Translations under genes and position numbers: made by a program
Source of the DNA: Cetorhinus maximus
Lineage: Eukaryota
DNA: 64,000 nt
Assembly: GCF_964194155.1 (NCBI RefSeq)
Contig: NC_135895.1
Location: forward strand, 51,460,001-51,524,000
Direction of reading: 5' to 3'
In this document: positions 1-13,730 of the stretch, piece after piece
How the letters are laid out: the number at the start of each line of letters is the position of its first letter
Position numbering within the stretch: position 1 is the first letter of the stretch
Notes under the pieces: generated by a model
The model's database searches: none
What the model was told of the DNA's origin: nothing
The model's input: the letters and a program-made list of their open reading frames with translations, nothing else

Positions 1-238
1 ACCAATGGTTCATGGGTGTTTTAACTTTGTACTTGTTAAGCCCCGATTGATTTATTGGCACCACTGTATGTCACAGCTGCTGTTTCTTGCTGTCTTTGTA
101 GATGTCATCCACACCCTTGTTCTCTCCATGGGCTCCTAGTTTTGCAGTGGGCAGTGTTTGGTCAGCTCTGTCAATGCATGTAGTGAACCTGTGGTCTGGA
201 GTATGAGAGAGATGAATGAGGGGACAACAGGTTTGCAT

Positions 239-960
239 TTATGCAAGTCTTTCTTGCAGTGACACTGAAAGAGCATCAGGGTCACAAGAAACTGGCATGT
301 ATGAAATTGTCCTGAGCCTCCCTTGTGGGCATCTGTCCAAGCCCCTCACCTCTGGTGCCAGTTGTTCCTCATCTTGTGCTACCTGCTCAGCAGCCTCCTC
401 CACATTTTCCTCATCAGATGAAGAGTGATGATTGATGACGTAATTATTCAAAGCCTTCCCCTTCCCCTCTTCAGTACTAGATCATGCAGAGCACAGCAGC
501 CCACCACAATGACAAATCCTCACTGGGGCATACTGATGGGCACCAACAGATCAATCTAAGCACCTGAATTCATCTTCAGCAGCCCAATTCCCTGTTGGGT
601 GGACCCATGGAAGGTATTGTACCACCTCTGCTGCAGTGTGAGGGTCTCTCACAGGCATGAGTAGCCATGTCTTCAATGGAGCCCTGGTCTCAGAGGATCC
701 ATCCCTGAAGGTGTGCAGTGGGCGGGGTGAAAAGCTGTGACACGTGGGACTCTGCCCATCCTGCAGCATGATGCTTGAGTCGGTGATGGCCTCCGTTGAG
801 AGTCTTTAGTCTTTGCTGACACTGTTGCTCAGACATTTGCAGATTGTTGAGCTGAGTCTGGTACAGTCTCAGCCATGGATCGGCCTTTCTTGGTGCGGCC
901 AGATGCTGCCACATCCCTATGTGTCCTTCACTGGCGTGCACAGCCAAAGCCTGGCCCTCT
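239..960 (-). mobile_element. Degenerate PIF/Harbinger (HARBI1-like DDE) transposase remnant
   Basis: Minus-strand fragments read YQTQLNNLQMSEQQCQQRL (N-terminal), PLKTWLLMPVRDPHTAAE...FRCLD (catalytic region) and an acidic tail SSSDEENVEEAAEQ. All are typical of HARBI1-like transposases. Frameshifted, with an internal deletion. Confidence 0.7.
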
Positions 961-1575
961 TGCTGCTCCTGCTAGGACCAAGTGCATGGTCCTCCCCTCC
1001 TCCTGCTCCTCACAGGGTTCATGAAGACTGGGTGAATTAGTTCCAAGCCAGCTGACCTCTCCCAATCTTGTGCACTCACCTTGCAGCTAACGTCACCTGG
1101 ATCCTTCCCCTTGCTACTCCCCTCTCAAAATGCGCCACTGCTCCTCTGCATCCTTTGAAGATCTCCCACCGCTCAGGGCAGCTCCCCACCTTAGAGACCT
1201 CCCGCTGATGGCCAGCAGCAGACTCTCCTCTCCACTATTCCTTTCTAGCCAATGAACACTCTCACAAAGATTGACTTTCAGAGGCAGCATTGAGGCCTCA
1301 CCTCGTTACCGCCATTTTTAACCAGTTGGGGACCTGAAGGACAGTGATTCCCATGTACTGTTCAGTAAATACAAAATGCCTTGTAAAATTACATTCTTAC
1401 AAATTCAGTTTAATTACTTCTCAAAGAGCTAACTTGATGTCCTGCTGTGTTATAGTGGCAACTCCACCCTCCATCTGTTCTGCCACTCATAAAATATGAA
1501 ACTGGAATCGCAGTTCCAGGTGAGTGCATCCCCACCTGATTTATCAGAACTCCCCTCCTCCTACTCAGCTTTTCC

Positions 1576-2170
1576 CTACTCCATCAAATTCAGCACATTA
1601 TGTGACAGCTCTGTGGTACATAGAAATTTGCATTGTATAACCATTAGTTTTCTTTGGTAGGCTGAGTCCTCAAGATCTTGATCTCTTTCCCCTGCAGCAG
1701 CTACTATACAGATCACCCTGCAAGGCGATTTTTCATTGTCCACCTTATCCAGATCCCCACCCTCCTGTGCAATTGTGATTGCCAAATCCTCTAGTTCTGA
1801 CCTTTTTACTCTAGCCTCCAATTTCCATGGGATGTCAGTCTCTGAATTAATGTTTGCTTAGGTAGGGTTTTGTGATGGTGCATATTCTGGAGGGATACTC
1901 TCCTCTTCCTCTGTTCCCGCTGTTGGTTCAGGGAAGAGAGGACCAGCAGCTAGTGGTAAGGGTCAGCCTGCAGATAGAGATGAATGAATGCTGGAGTGAG
2001 ATTTTAGTGAGAAGGCCAAAGCAGCTACAGGACGTTTCCTCAAATCTCTCCAGAGGTTATGGTCTTGATGTGTCCGAAGTCTAGGACAGTCGTTTCCAGG
2101 GGGGCTGATGAACCTCTTCCTGGGCTGACTGTTATTCTGCACCAACTTTTCCTGCAAGAACAAAGGCCAA
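1576..2170 (-). mobile_element. Second, more decayed Harbinger transposase remnant
   Basis: SPCRVICIVAA and 'LAITIAQEGGDL' resemble the HARBI1 C-terminal YSPxRVxxIVxxCxxLHN region. Very degenerate. Confidence 0.35.
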
Positions 2171-3654
2171 TGTTAATATTTGCCTAGTGAACCATTTTGT
2201 GGATGTTCATGTAAGGATATAATAGTGTTGTTGGTATATGAAAGATGGCACAATTATGAGGAGGTGAGAGAAGTGATAGTTCAATGGTATGTGCTTGGCT
2301 ACAGGGCTAAGGAGAGAATAGGGAGATACACGAGTTGGAATCTTACTTCAGTAGTCCTCATCAGGTCACTAAACTTTTTCCGGCATAGCAGCATAGGAGC
2401 AATGATCTACTCATCTCACTGTTGTGGGCCAGCTAGCCAGGACCCATGCATGTCTGATAATTTAATGGTGTTCAGAATTAAGCCTATTGTAGGCTCCGTG
2501 CACCTCCCCTTTTAAGAGATGTTGGCTACCTTCAATTGACACAAGTAAAACCCAAAATTCAATTCTGGGCTCTTAACACCAAAGGTAAAAACATGAACCC
2601 TTCTCCATTTTCAATCCTAATTCCCAATAATGACTGAACCACCTTCACCTGGATCAATACTAGAGTATCCTACTTCCTCAGTTACTTCAATAACTATTCA
2701 TTTCATTAAATAGCAGGGCTACCCTCCAACTGTGATGACAGACAATGCTGTAGAGACAGGCTGTGCATTTTACTTACATGTCCCTTCAAAATTAACTGAA
2801 TCTTTACCGATGAACCATGTTAACCAGATTCTTCCCCATTATCTCCAATAATGCTGCCTGCAGTTACGACTATATGTGGCATGTCAGCATCACCAAAAGT
2901 GTTTGGTTTCTCCTTCCCATTTGGCCAAGCTCTGATTTCACATCTGCCAAAACAAAAATTAAACATATGTAGCAATTTCACACTTAATTATCTTCATTGC
3001 ATTCTTTACAACTTCAAGACATGGAGGGGAAAAAAAACCTAGGATTCTTAGCTGGATGCTTTCTCCAGTGGATAGAAGTCATGCTCCAGTTCTGGATTGC
3101 TGGTACTGTTTGATTCTTCAATCCATCATCCCTTAAGAACAGCAGCCAGAATTTGGCCTATGGACAACCTTTTTTGTTCCTCCTATTTTTTCACCTGGAA
3201 ATCTTCTTCCTTTTTAAATCAGATCTGCTTGCAGTCGAACAGCTGTGCTGCTGCAAAATCCCCAGTGATGAATGATTAGCAGAAATTATCATGTGGCTTT
3301 TTTTAAATAGGCTCATTTGTTGTAGTTAAAGCCTCTGGAAGAAAAATACACTTCTCCAAGACAGCAGGAGGAATGGCATGAGTACTTATTCATTGCTGTC
3401 CTGAGATATTATCCTCACAAAGAAATAAATCAGGAGCCTATTAGAATTTTTCACCCAAGGGATAAGCCCTGATTCACTGAAAACCTTCGTTCATTCCATT
3501 ACATCTTTTCTGTTCATCAAAATGGCAGAATTCTTTTCCATAATTTCTACAAAAATAAAATCAATATTATCATGTGGGATTTACACTACAATTATAGAGG
3601 ATTATTTGTAATGTGAATAAATCACTGGAGTTGGTTTGTTGTTCTAAAAAGAAA

Positions 3655-4030
3655 AGAAAAATCTGCATTTAAATAGCACATTTCAAGGCCACTGGATACC
3701 TGAAGTGCTTTACAGCCAATGATGATAATTTTGAAGTGCAGTCACTGTTATAATGTAGGAAATGTGGAAGACAATTTGCACATGGCAAAGTCCCAGAAAC
3801 AGCAATGTGATAATGACCAGATAATCTGTTTTTGTGATGTTGATTGAGGGATAAATATTGGCTAGGTCTGAGGAAGCTCCCCTGCTTTTCTTCAAATAGG
3901 GTCATGGGATCTTTTACATCCATCCAAGCAGGCAGATGGGTTTAATGTCTCATCCAAAAGACAGCACCTCCAACAATGTAACACACCATCAGTAATACAC
4001 TAGAGCATCAGCCTTAATTTTTGCACTCAA
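3655..4030 (-). mobile_element. DeuSINE (SacSINE1-like) SINE, tRNA head missing
   Basis: Contains tgttgattgagggataaatattgg, gggatcttttacatcc and tttaatgtctcatccaaaagacagcacctcc, which I recall as the Deu-domain/SacSINE1 body. Ends in an L2-type tail (tgcatttaaatagc). Confidence 0.75.
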
Positions 4031-4899
4031 AAGGGGTGGGAAGGAAATACTTAATCAGGATCAGGAACATTTTGCCCTCTCTCACCCAATGGTACATTCC
4101 AGCTGTTGTCAACTAAGGTCAGCTAATGCAGCACAAGCTGGAGAAATAAATCTGCAATCTTCTGGTCTTATGGCTTTGTACCACATTACATGATGTGTTT
4201 GAATAACAAGCCATTGGCCAGCAACCTGATGTGTATTTTGATAAGGTTGTTTATTGCAGATATTTTTGAAATGTTGCTGTATGTTGTTTAGCTAGTGTCA
4301 GTGCTGATTAGTGACTTCAATTTAGTAATTGACCTAACATGATTCAAATCATCAAATTCTAAATCAGATCCATGCAAGCAGCATAGAAGTCAAGAATGTA
4401 ATGAAAACTTGCTTCAGTTCCAAGTGTTGTGGCAGTTGAGCTTTAAGTAAGTGAAGAACAATGAAATCTGCTATTTTAAAAGTTGAAATCCACTATGTTA
4501 TGAGATGTTTGATACTGTTAGGATTTGTGTAGACAAATTAAATAGTCGCTGACACACAATGGCTTTTGGCTTTGGGCAATAACGTAAAATGGGCAATATC
4601 AATTCAGCCACCTGTTAGATATCCGTAACCATCTATGACTTCTATGGCAGCACATATTGCTGTCATCTGACCTTCCATGTCAGCGCGAACTATTATCATG
4701 GATCTGTCAGTGATGTCACAAGATATTCTATCATGGTGGCTTCCATTGTGATGTTGATGACCATAACCACATGATTTATCTTAGTATAGAATGCCCTTCA
4801 TGCTCTGTGCAGAGTCTTGACACAAGTTATAGCTGGGCTCCTCTGTGTTCTATGGCATTTTGCACAGACTCTCTGGCCTGCCACTGGAGAAAGAGGAGC

Positions 4900-5240
4900 T
4901 TAATTTTGCTAGGACTCCTTGATGCCACACTCAGTCAAATGCTGCTTTAATATCAAGGGCAGTCACTTGCGCATCACCTCTGGTATTCAACTCTTTTGTC
5001 CATATTTAGACAAAGGCTTTCATGTGGCCTGGAGCCAAGTGGTCCTGATGGAACCCAAACGGAGCATCAGTGAGCAGATTAGTGCTGATTAAGTGACACT
5101 TGGAAGCACTGTCATCAATCCCTTCCATCACTTTGCTGGTGATTGAGAGTAGACTGATGGGACAGTAATTGGCTGGATTGGATTTGTCCTGGAGAGGACA
5201 TGCCTGGGCAATTTTCCACTTTGTCCAGTAGATGATGCCG
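4900..5240 (-). mobile_element. LINE-A (CR1-superfamily) RT fragment
   Basis: Reads WKIAQACP..QDKSNPANYCPISLLSITSKVME...FGF. Homologous to the copies at 41019-42585 and 54575-56246. Confidence 0.85.
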
Positions 5241-6689
5241 ACAATGAAAGCCAAGATACCATCAGAAATATTATTGACCAGGTCCCTAACGGTGTTTCCA
5301 GATTGTGATCATGTGTTCTAGGTGAAATTAGGAACCTGTATATTGTAAATATTGTTGTTCACGTTTTTATTTTGCAGGATCTTCCTGCCCTGTTTGGTTT
5401 CACTGGTGAAAATTTGTGTCATTTGCAAGTGTGGGCAGAAATCCAGCATAACTGATATCCTCACAGTTCTGCTCTGTAACACCCCGATTGAATACACTTA
5501 TTGGGCAATATAGAGACTAACACTAATAGGCTGAAAGAAAACACACGTAGGAATGGATGGCTATATCAGAATTTGACAAATTCTGACCAAATTAGATTTA
5601 GAAGCAAATCTGGCATCTGCCCCTGTTTAAAACATGTCAGTTAGCTAAGCCAGTCATACCATGCAAAAAGCATGGATACAGTTTTAGTGAAATCTGCTTA
5701 TGGATAAATTTGTTAAATATAAAATCTGTTTAGCTGCTCTTCTTTTTAATCCAGCTCTTCTTTATTTCTTACTTATTTCTATGGTGTTTTCTTTGTTTGA
5801 GGTAATTCCATATTGTGACTTACAAATTCAATTCATTTAATCTAAGCAACCTTGCAAGCAGCTGCAAATTTAAAATTAAATGCAAGAACTGAAATCTCAT
5901 CATAAAGAGTGTTGGAATCATACCAGTAATATAACTGTACTGTGTTTGGAGAACAAGCTAGAAATCCTCTTTTGTCTTCTCTTTCAGATAGACAGCTAAG
6001 AAAGTACTAATCTAATCAGTCAGTCCCATATACATAGTACAATGATATTTATTTTTACAATACATTAATGTGAGAAGTCCTTTATACAGTAAACATTGGT
6101 GGTTATTCTCCTGGATTTAAAATCTTTCTTAATTACTTCATATTTCACGATTCTATACAAAATTATACATTGCCAAATTCTGTTTTACACTTCCTACATC
6201 TATTAATTAAGAAAGCATTCCTATGTACTGCACATTAGTATTTTGCCTGAAGTCTAAACAAAAGTAATTTGAGATCTGCATATCAAAACAATGTCATTTA
6301 TTAATTTTACTTGTCCATATTTGAACATACTACAAGCGCAAAACAGCATTTCTGACTGAGATGAGTGCAGGCAATTTGTCCCCATATCTCTAGCTATGGT
6401 ATTCTTGAGCCAGAGTATCTCAACAGCCAATTTTCTGTCCTTCTCTTTATGGCTCTTTCTCTGCCTCTGTATTAGAAATTGTTCATCTTTTGCTAAGTAC
6501 CATCCAGGGCCAAGGCTGAATGTAAACTATGCAAGAACTATAGATGTACAAGTGCCAATACCTTTGTTGCACAGTGTACTCGAGAATTGATACATGGTAC
6601 CACAGTAATACATTATTATGACATATTTTGGTGACATCAATTGCCATTTCTAATCCTATTGTAAGAAAATTGAGAGAGACTTTCCTCCT

Positions 6690-7420
6690 CTGGCAAATGG
6701 TAACCCCCAGGATGATAGAGGGAGACTCGGCAATAGCAATGTAACTGAACATTAAGGGGAGATGGTTAGATTCTCTCTTGTTGTTGCCTGGAACATGCAT
6801 GGCACAATTGTCACTTGCCACATCAGCCCAGCCCGAATGTTGCCCAGGTCTTGCTGCATATAGCTACAGGCTGCTTTAGTATCTGAGGAGTTGCGAATAG
6901 TACTGAACACTGTGCAATCATCAGTGAACGTTCCCCACTTCTGACCTTATGATGGCGGAAAGGTCATTGATGAAGCAGTTGAAGATGGTTTGGCCCAGGA
7001 CTTCACCCTGAGGAACTCCTTCAGCAGTGTCCTTAGACTGAGATGATTCATCTCCAACAAACACAGCCATCTTCCTTCGTGCAAGGTATGACTCCAACCA
7101 GTGGAGAGTTTTTCCTTGATTCCCATTGACTTATATTTTGCTAGGGCTCCTTGATGCCACACTTGGTCAAATGTTGCCATGATGTCAAGGGAGGTCACTC
7201 TCACCTCACATCTTGAATTCAGTTCTTTTGTCCATGTTTGGGCCAAGGTTGTAATTTGGTCTGATGCTGAGTGGCCCTGAAGAAATCCAAACTGAGCATT
7301 AGTGAGCAGGTTATTGGTGATAATACTGTCAATGACACCTTCCGTCACTTTGCAGATGATTGAGTGTAGGCTGATGGGGTGGAATAAGCAGCATTGGATT
7401 TTCCTGCTTTTTGTGGACAT
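6690..7420 (-). mobile_element. LINE-A RT fragment
   Basis: ORF 6947..7420 reads NNLLTNAQFGFLQGHSASDQIT...LDIMATFDQVWHQG (RT motifs). Same family as the other copies. Confidence 0.85.
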
Positions 7421-9811
7421 ATGAGATCAGTTAATGTTGTAGCACAACACCATGTCCAATGCATTGCTGGGGTCACACGTTACATTACAGTTTCCTTTCT
7501 GACTCAGAATCTTTTAACATTATAATTTAAAGAAAAATCTTTTAATGTTGTACTAGTTCCAAATCAAAAATTCACCTGGGTCCATTTTTGATAATTTGCT
7601 CATGCCTGATAGAAATTGGTCCTCAAATCTCATCTCATGCTTGTGGCTGTGCCTCCACAAGAATGCGACTGATTGGAAACTTCCCTTGCCAAGAACAGCT
7701 CTCACAAGTCTTGAGAAAGGCCACTAGGAAAGGGTTAGGGCGTTGGCGTGTGATTGTGAACTCTATGGAGCGGGCAGCGGGTTAGTCACCTGGTTCCACA
7801 AAAGGATTTTTAAAAGAAATGTAAATAGTTTTGGCTCATGGCCATGAAGACCTCTGGAGAATCCTGAGCAGAGCTGGTCTGACACCTGCCTAGTTATCAG
7901 GTACTAATTTCAGAAAGTATTGTGCCTATTTTAGATATCATCCCAGGCTGCCTAAAAAATGGGCCCCACAAATTTAGCAATTTAGCAGTGGAACCATCAC
8001 ACGATTGGTTTCAAATTATTTCATGACTAAATTGGTACATTTTGTGCCACTTAACATTTGAAGCAGGGTACAACATATAATATTTTGTCATTGATAAATA
8101 AAAGATAGACTTAAAAAAATTTCCAGTATGAAGGTTTCTGTATAATGGTGGTAACTAAATAGAACCTCTAGCTGCACTTACTGTCAAACTTTCATTAAAT
8201 AGATGCACTATGAATCCCAAATATCTAAAGTTTGTATTGGGAATGTATCCTTTCAGAAGAGATGAAAGAATTATATTCTGTTTCTGGCTAACTTCTATTC
8301 CTTGACACTAACAATATAAAAAAAAACGGGGACATGTGTTGAACAGAAATATAAATGCAAAGCCATCAAACTTGTGTAATTGGACTTAACCAGTGAAGAT
8401 CCAGTTTCTGCTTTGGGTGCAATTGGCGATCCGGTTGCAAGATGAGCCCAAAATTACACTAGATTTGAGAATTGATTTCATTTCTTAAATTTCGACTCAA
8501 ATATTATCAATATTTACAAAAGCTGCCATGAACGAGCACGATCAGGAAGCACTTTGAAACGTTAGTTTTTTTATTAAAAATTCCTTTAAAAGATATTCCT
8601 TGCAATATTTAAGAGTGGCAACTTGGTGCAGTTAGATTAACACAGCTGAAAATCGGCTTCATCACAAAAAATAAGCATTTTAATCAGAGTGTCTCGTCCA
8701 CCATCTGTGAGTAACACGATTTTAAATAACAAAATGGCTTTTGAAAAAAAGTACTACGTGGATCCGTTTGCCAGTTATGTTGCATACAGAAGTCAGTTTC
8801 CGGGTAAATTAAAAAATATATGCTTAAATACTTTTAAAACATGCCTATTAGTGTTTTTACACCAAAAAGAATTAGCTTAAGTTTAAGAGCACCCTCAAAG
8901 GCCAAAAGAATTAATGTTACTAGCAGAAAACCTCACCAATGATTAATTTGATCAGGGTGCACAGCTAGTTTTATGGGCAGGTCTGGCTTCTAGCATGATG
9001 TTTTCAAAGTGACATAAATGATCATGAAAACCTGAGTTGCACTGAACATCATTTGTGCTAAAGCTCCAAAATCTTTTACACTGATTTGGCTTATTTCATG
9101 GGGAATTGTGCTATAACCAGCACAATCAGGGCCTAGGGGGGATCACTTTCTTCAGAAGACAAAATGCAAATCAACAAAAGTCTCCCTGCTGAAGATACTG
9201 ACACTTATTAAAATGATTACTGGTCATTATTGAAGTTAGTGGGCAAGCAGCTGGAGGAACCTCAAATCTTAACTTTTTAAAATTGTTCCTGGCCTGGCGC
9301 ATATATTTTTGGGGTTGGTTAACATCTACCTGCCAAACTGTTCACGCTGAAAATCAGGGCAGTCAGTAGACAAAAATTTCAAGAAAGAACTCTGCACCCA
9401 CTGCTTGCCTGGGGCCTGTGCAAATTGATTTTTTTAAGCTGACCCCAAAATGGGTGACCAGTCTGTCCAAAACAGACAGGACCTGTACATTGATATTTAA
9501 GTAGGAGAGTGATGTAATTTTCATATACCAATAGGTGTAGTGTGCATTGTACATGATCCCCTCAATAGTCCTGGACATTGAGTGGTCAGACCAGTGGCCC
9601 TTAAAAAGGCCCCTGCAGGCCATTTAGAGCTAAGTTTAAGACTTAAGTGATTTTTGTGAAGTCAGGATAAGCCTCTCAAAAATTGACCGCTGCAACGTGG
9701 CCCATCTTCAATGCTCCACCTCCTACCTTTTACTTGCCTGTACCACTGGGAACTGCACAGGGGCTACTGGATATTTGTCCCTCTGAATGTCAAGCTGCTT
9801 GAAATGTGCAC

Positions 9812-10768
9812 TGTGGTAAAGTGGAGTGCTATGTACCTTTAAGAACGTAGTTAATCAACCAAATGACTGTATCGACCAGTCACTATACAGCACGGGCTCC
9901 TTTGGTAACTGTGGCCAGAATTTTCCTGTCGACGATTTGGGGGTGGGGCCCACTCGCCAACGGGAAAATGACGCGGAATGACGTCAGGAGGAACCCCCGA
10001 CGTCATCCCGGTCCCTTTAAATTTTTAGGAAGGCAGGCGGACAGCGAAATCAGCTGAGGCCATTGACAGGTTAATTAAGGTCATTAAAGACCTGCCCGTC
10101 CAACCTTAAGGCTGGCGGGCAAGCCAGGAGCCCCAGCAGGCTCCTGATAATACATGAAACCTCATCCACTGGCGGGATGAGGTTTCATGTCCGTTTTTAA
10201 AAAGGCTAATAAAGTTTATGTCATTTTTATTAACATGTCCCATCTCGTGTGACATTGTCACATGTGGGGGACATGTTAATATTTTTATTTTTCTATTTTT
10301 TAAGTTTTTTAACCTGTCAATAATCTCCCTGAGACACGACTTAGTCTCAGGGAGCAGTGTGCTCTTTTGCGTGCATGCGCGAAAAAGCGCACTTTGACAG
10401 CTGGGGATCCCATCCCCCCCTGCACCTGAAGTGCATAGCGCTTCTTGTTGGGAAGGCCGTAAGGCCCGCCCACTCAAAATGGCGGCAGGCCCCGTTTCAG
10501 CGGCAGGGGTCAGCTGCCCGTCCGCCGCCGAGCCAGTGGGGCCCGCACACCCACCAAGGGCAAAATTCTGCCCTGTAAGTCTAGAGCTGGAGCTGATTGA
10601 AGAAGCACACATTGTGTCAGTGTTCTGTTCTTAGTTCCAATAAACGACCATGTTTGTTCAGTAAAATCGGTCTCCCTCTGCCTATGTTGTTTCAAGTACC
10701 GGCTTGATATCAAGGGCACAGATCGCGTTCATGGGACACAGCGAACCCGATAACCCACAACATAAAAC
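9812..10768 (+). repeat. 5' LTR of the Gypsy element, interrupted by a MITE at 9913-10573
   Basis: 9812-9912 plus 10577-10768 align colinearly with the 3' LTR at 14146-14445 (about 85% identity by eye over the first 100 nt). Confidence 0.9.
9913..10573. mobile_element. Non-autonomous Harbinger-type MITE
   Basis: TIRs GGCCAGAATTTT / AAAATTCTGCCC. A 3-bp TSD TGT (9910-9912, 10574-10576) is confirmed by the empty site GGTAACTGTAAGTC in the 3' LTR. Confidence 0.9.
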
Positions 10769-10888
10769 TGGTGATGAGGATAAACCGGGTCAATTGGTGG
10801 CAATCTAGAAAGCTGCGGTAAGCCAGCTATATTACTTTGTCGCTACCTTGAAAGCTGTTTGGAAGCGCAGTCTCCTTAGTCATCGAGA

Positions 10889-11260
10889 GTGCCGCGATTT
10901 AGGCATCTTGAACCATTTGACCCTATTTCCGATGACTGGTCTCATTACGTCGAACGCCTAGTGTTCTTCTTTACCGCTAATGACATCGTGGGGGAAGACA
11001 AGAGGAGGGCGATTCTTTTGTCCACATGCAGGAGCAAAAAGTATGGACTGATCTGCAGCTTCTCGTCACCTCACACCCCCGATATAAAGACTTTGGACGA
11101 GTTAATAAACATTGTAACAAACCACCTGAAGCCAAAGCTTTCAGTCACTGTGCAGCATTTTAAATTCAATTCGAGGAATAGGCTTCCAGGAGAGACAATC
11201 GCTGGCTATGTGGCTGCTTTAAATGAATTAACAGAATATTGTGAGTTTGGAACTTCATGA
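10889..11260 (+). pseudogene. gag: Gypsy gag (N-terminal part, prematurely stopped)
   Basis: LEPFDPISDDWSHYVERLVFFFTANDI...RRAILLS...FKFNSRNRLPGETIAGYVAALNELTEYCEFG is a typical fish Gypsy gag. It continues out of frame towards a zinc-knuckle remnant at ~11600. Confidence 0.85.
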
Positions 11261-11758
11261 CGTGTTGAGAGACCGACTGATTTGCGGAATTGGGGATGAT
11301 GCTATTCAAAAGTGATTGCTATCTGAAACTAATCATTAAGGCATTAGAATTGGCAACAGCCATGGAGAGCGCTGTTAGAGACTCGGAGGCAATAAAAGAT
11401 ACACAAAATGGCGCCGTCCATCTTGTAGGGCAGGAAGGGCCGGTAACAAAAGGCACGAAAACGTCAGGCTCCGAGAAAGGTGGGAAATGCCCCCTACGTA
11501 CAGACCATTGAAGAGCAACAGTACTACAGTGAAAACCCACAACATTAATGAGAGAAATGCATCCTGGCAGCCTGCAGGTGATCGATAGTTCAGAAATATT
11601 CAAATGCTACCACAATGGTCACATAATGCGGCACTGTACGGATAGGCTGAGACAGCATTTTTAAAACAAGGGTAGAAATCACGAAATCTGTCTCGTTGAA
11701 GAACCAGAGAAAGCAGAACCTAACATCTATTCATTACACAATCTGAAAGTGGGTAGAA

Positions 11759-13730
11759 TTGAGCCAATTCAAGTATTCATTCAAGTCAATGAACAACCCA
11801 TTAAGATGGAAATCGATACTGTCTGTCATAGGTGAACATATGTTCAGATACTTGAATAAAGGAGTCCATCCTTTAAGTTTGGAAGAATCGGGCACTAAAT
11901 TAAAAACATATACGGGCGAAGAAATAAGAGTGAAAGGGATATGTCAAGTCTTGGTGCAGTATGGGGACCAGATTACCCTTATAGAAGTAGCTGGGGAGGG
12001 CTCCAGTTTAATTGGTCGCACCTGGCTCAGAAAGATTAAATTTCAATGGGCCGAGATTTTTGAATGCAGGATGAGAAACTTACAGGAATTGTTACAAAAG
12101 TATGCTTACATTTTCAGTGACAAGCTAGGAAGGATTCGTAGACTACAAGCCAAAATCCATGTAGACCCTTGTGCAATCCCCAGATTTATCAGAGCCAGAC
12201 CAGTCCCTTATACTCTATGGGACAAGGTTGAGACTGAGATAACCAGGCTGGATAAGTTGGGTATCTTACAACTGGTGCAATTTTCCAAGTGGGCTGCACC
12301 TACAGTACCTGTACTGAAGCCAGACCAAGGTGTTCCCTTATGCGGTGACTATAAGTTAACTATAAACAGAGTGGCCAAACTTGATAGACACCCGATACCG
12401 AAGATTGACAAAATATATTCAAAATTGGCAGGATGAATCACATATTCAAAACTCGACATGAGCCACGCCTACCAACAGGTTGTGTTGGAAGAAGGCTCTA
12501 GAGAATTCGTGACCATCAAAACGCCGAGGATTGTATCAATATACCCGACTACCCTTTGGGGTCTCATCGGCGTGTGCTATTTTCCAATGTACCATGGAAA
12601 ATCTGCTTCAGAGACTGCCCCATGTCATCATTTATCTGGATGATGTCTTAGTCACTGGACTAACTCGTAAAGGACGCTTAGCTAATTTGGAGGAGGTGCT
12701 GAAATGCTTCTCACAAGCAGGGGCTATGCTTGAAATGAGAGAAATGTCATTTCCAAGCCAAGGAGGTAGTTTACCTGAGCCAAAAGGCCAACGCGCAGGG
12801 CCTGCATCCTGTGGAAGAAAATGTCAAGATGACCCTCAAGGCACCTGCACCGAGAAAGGCTATAGAGCTGAAGGCCTTCTTAGGCATGATAAGCTACTAT
12901 GGCTGGTTCCTCCCTAATTTATCAACCATACTGGCTCCTTTATATGAATTGCTTAAGATAAATCATAAATGGATTTGGCAAGCTCCACACCGGGATAAGT
13001 TTCTGAAAGTAAAGTAATTGTTAAGATTTTCGGCCCTACAGGTCCACTTTGACCCAAACAAATAATTGATTTTAACGTGCACCAAATCCCCTTATGGGGT
13101 AAGGGTTGTACTTTCACATCGGATTGTGGATAGCTCTGAATGACCCATCGGTTATACATCAACTATGTGGGGGCCTTCTTGGGCACAATGTTCCTTTTAC
13201 CAATAGACGCCCAGTCCAAGTGGATGGATATCTACGAAGCTCGGTCACCCACATCTGCTGCCTGCATAGACCATTTGCAACAGAGTTTTGCAGTGCATGC
13301 GTTACCAGAGGTGCTCTTGTTGGATAACGTGACTGCATTTACCAGCGGGGAGTTCCACAGGTTTATGACTCGTATCAAAACCTCTCCTTACCACCCCGCC
13401 TCTAATGGTTTGGCTGAGCGGGTGGTCCAAACTTTTAAGTCGGGGATGAAAGAGCTGGATGGGGTTTCCATCAGCACCAGATTGTCATGGTTCCTGTTTG
13501 CATACCGGACAACGCCACACACGAACACCAGTATTACCCCCACTGAATTACTAATGAAGAGACGTCTCTACACCCGTCTAACTCTTATCAGGCTGAATTT
13601 AGGGGGGAGGGTGGAGAGAAGCCAAGAGGCCCAGAAGACTAGACATGATGGCCAAATCATGAAAGAAATTTTACGGTGGGATACACAATTCTCGCAAAGA
13701 GCTTTGGAGATGGACCCAATTGGCTTTTAG
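11759..13730 (+). pseudogene. pol: Gypsy pol (protease-RT-partial RNase H-integrase core), frameshifted
   Basis: Motifs WAAPTVPVLKPD..LCGDYKLTINR, YTRLPFGVSSACAIFQ, IYLDDVLV, ELKAFLGMISYY, and integrase IDAQSKW...DNVTAFTS...SPYHPASNGLAERVVQTFK...YRTTPH. Confidence 0.92.

Noticed and set aside
5360-6030. Strong-looking splice acceptors (tttttattttgcag at ~5378; tcttctctttcag at ~5988)
   Set aside because: The downstream frames I read are short and unrecognisable, and I found no convincing partner donor.
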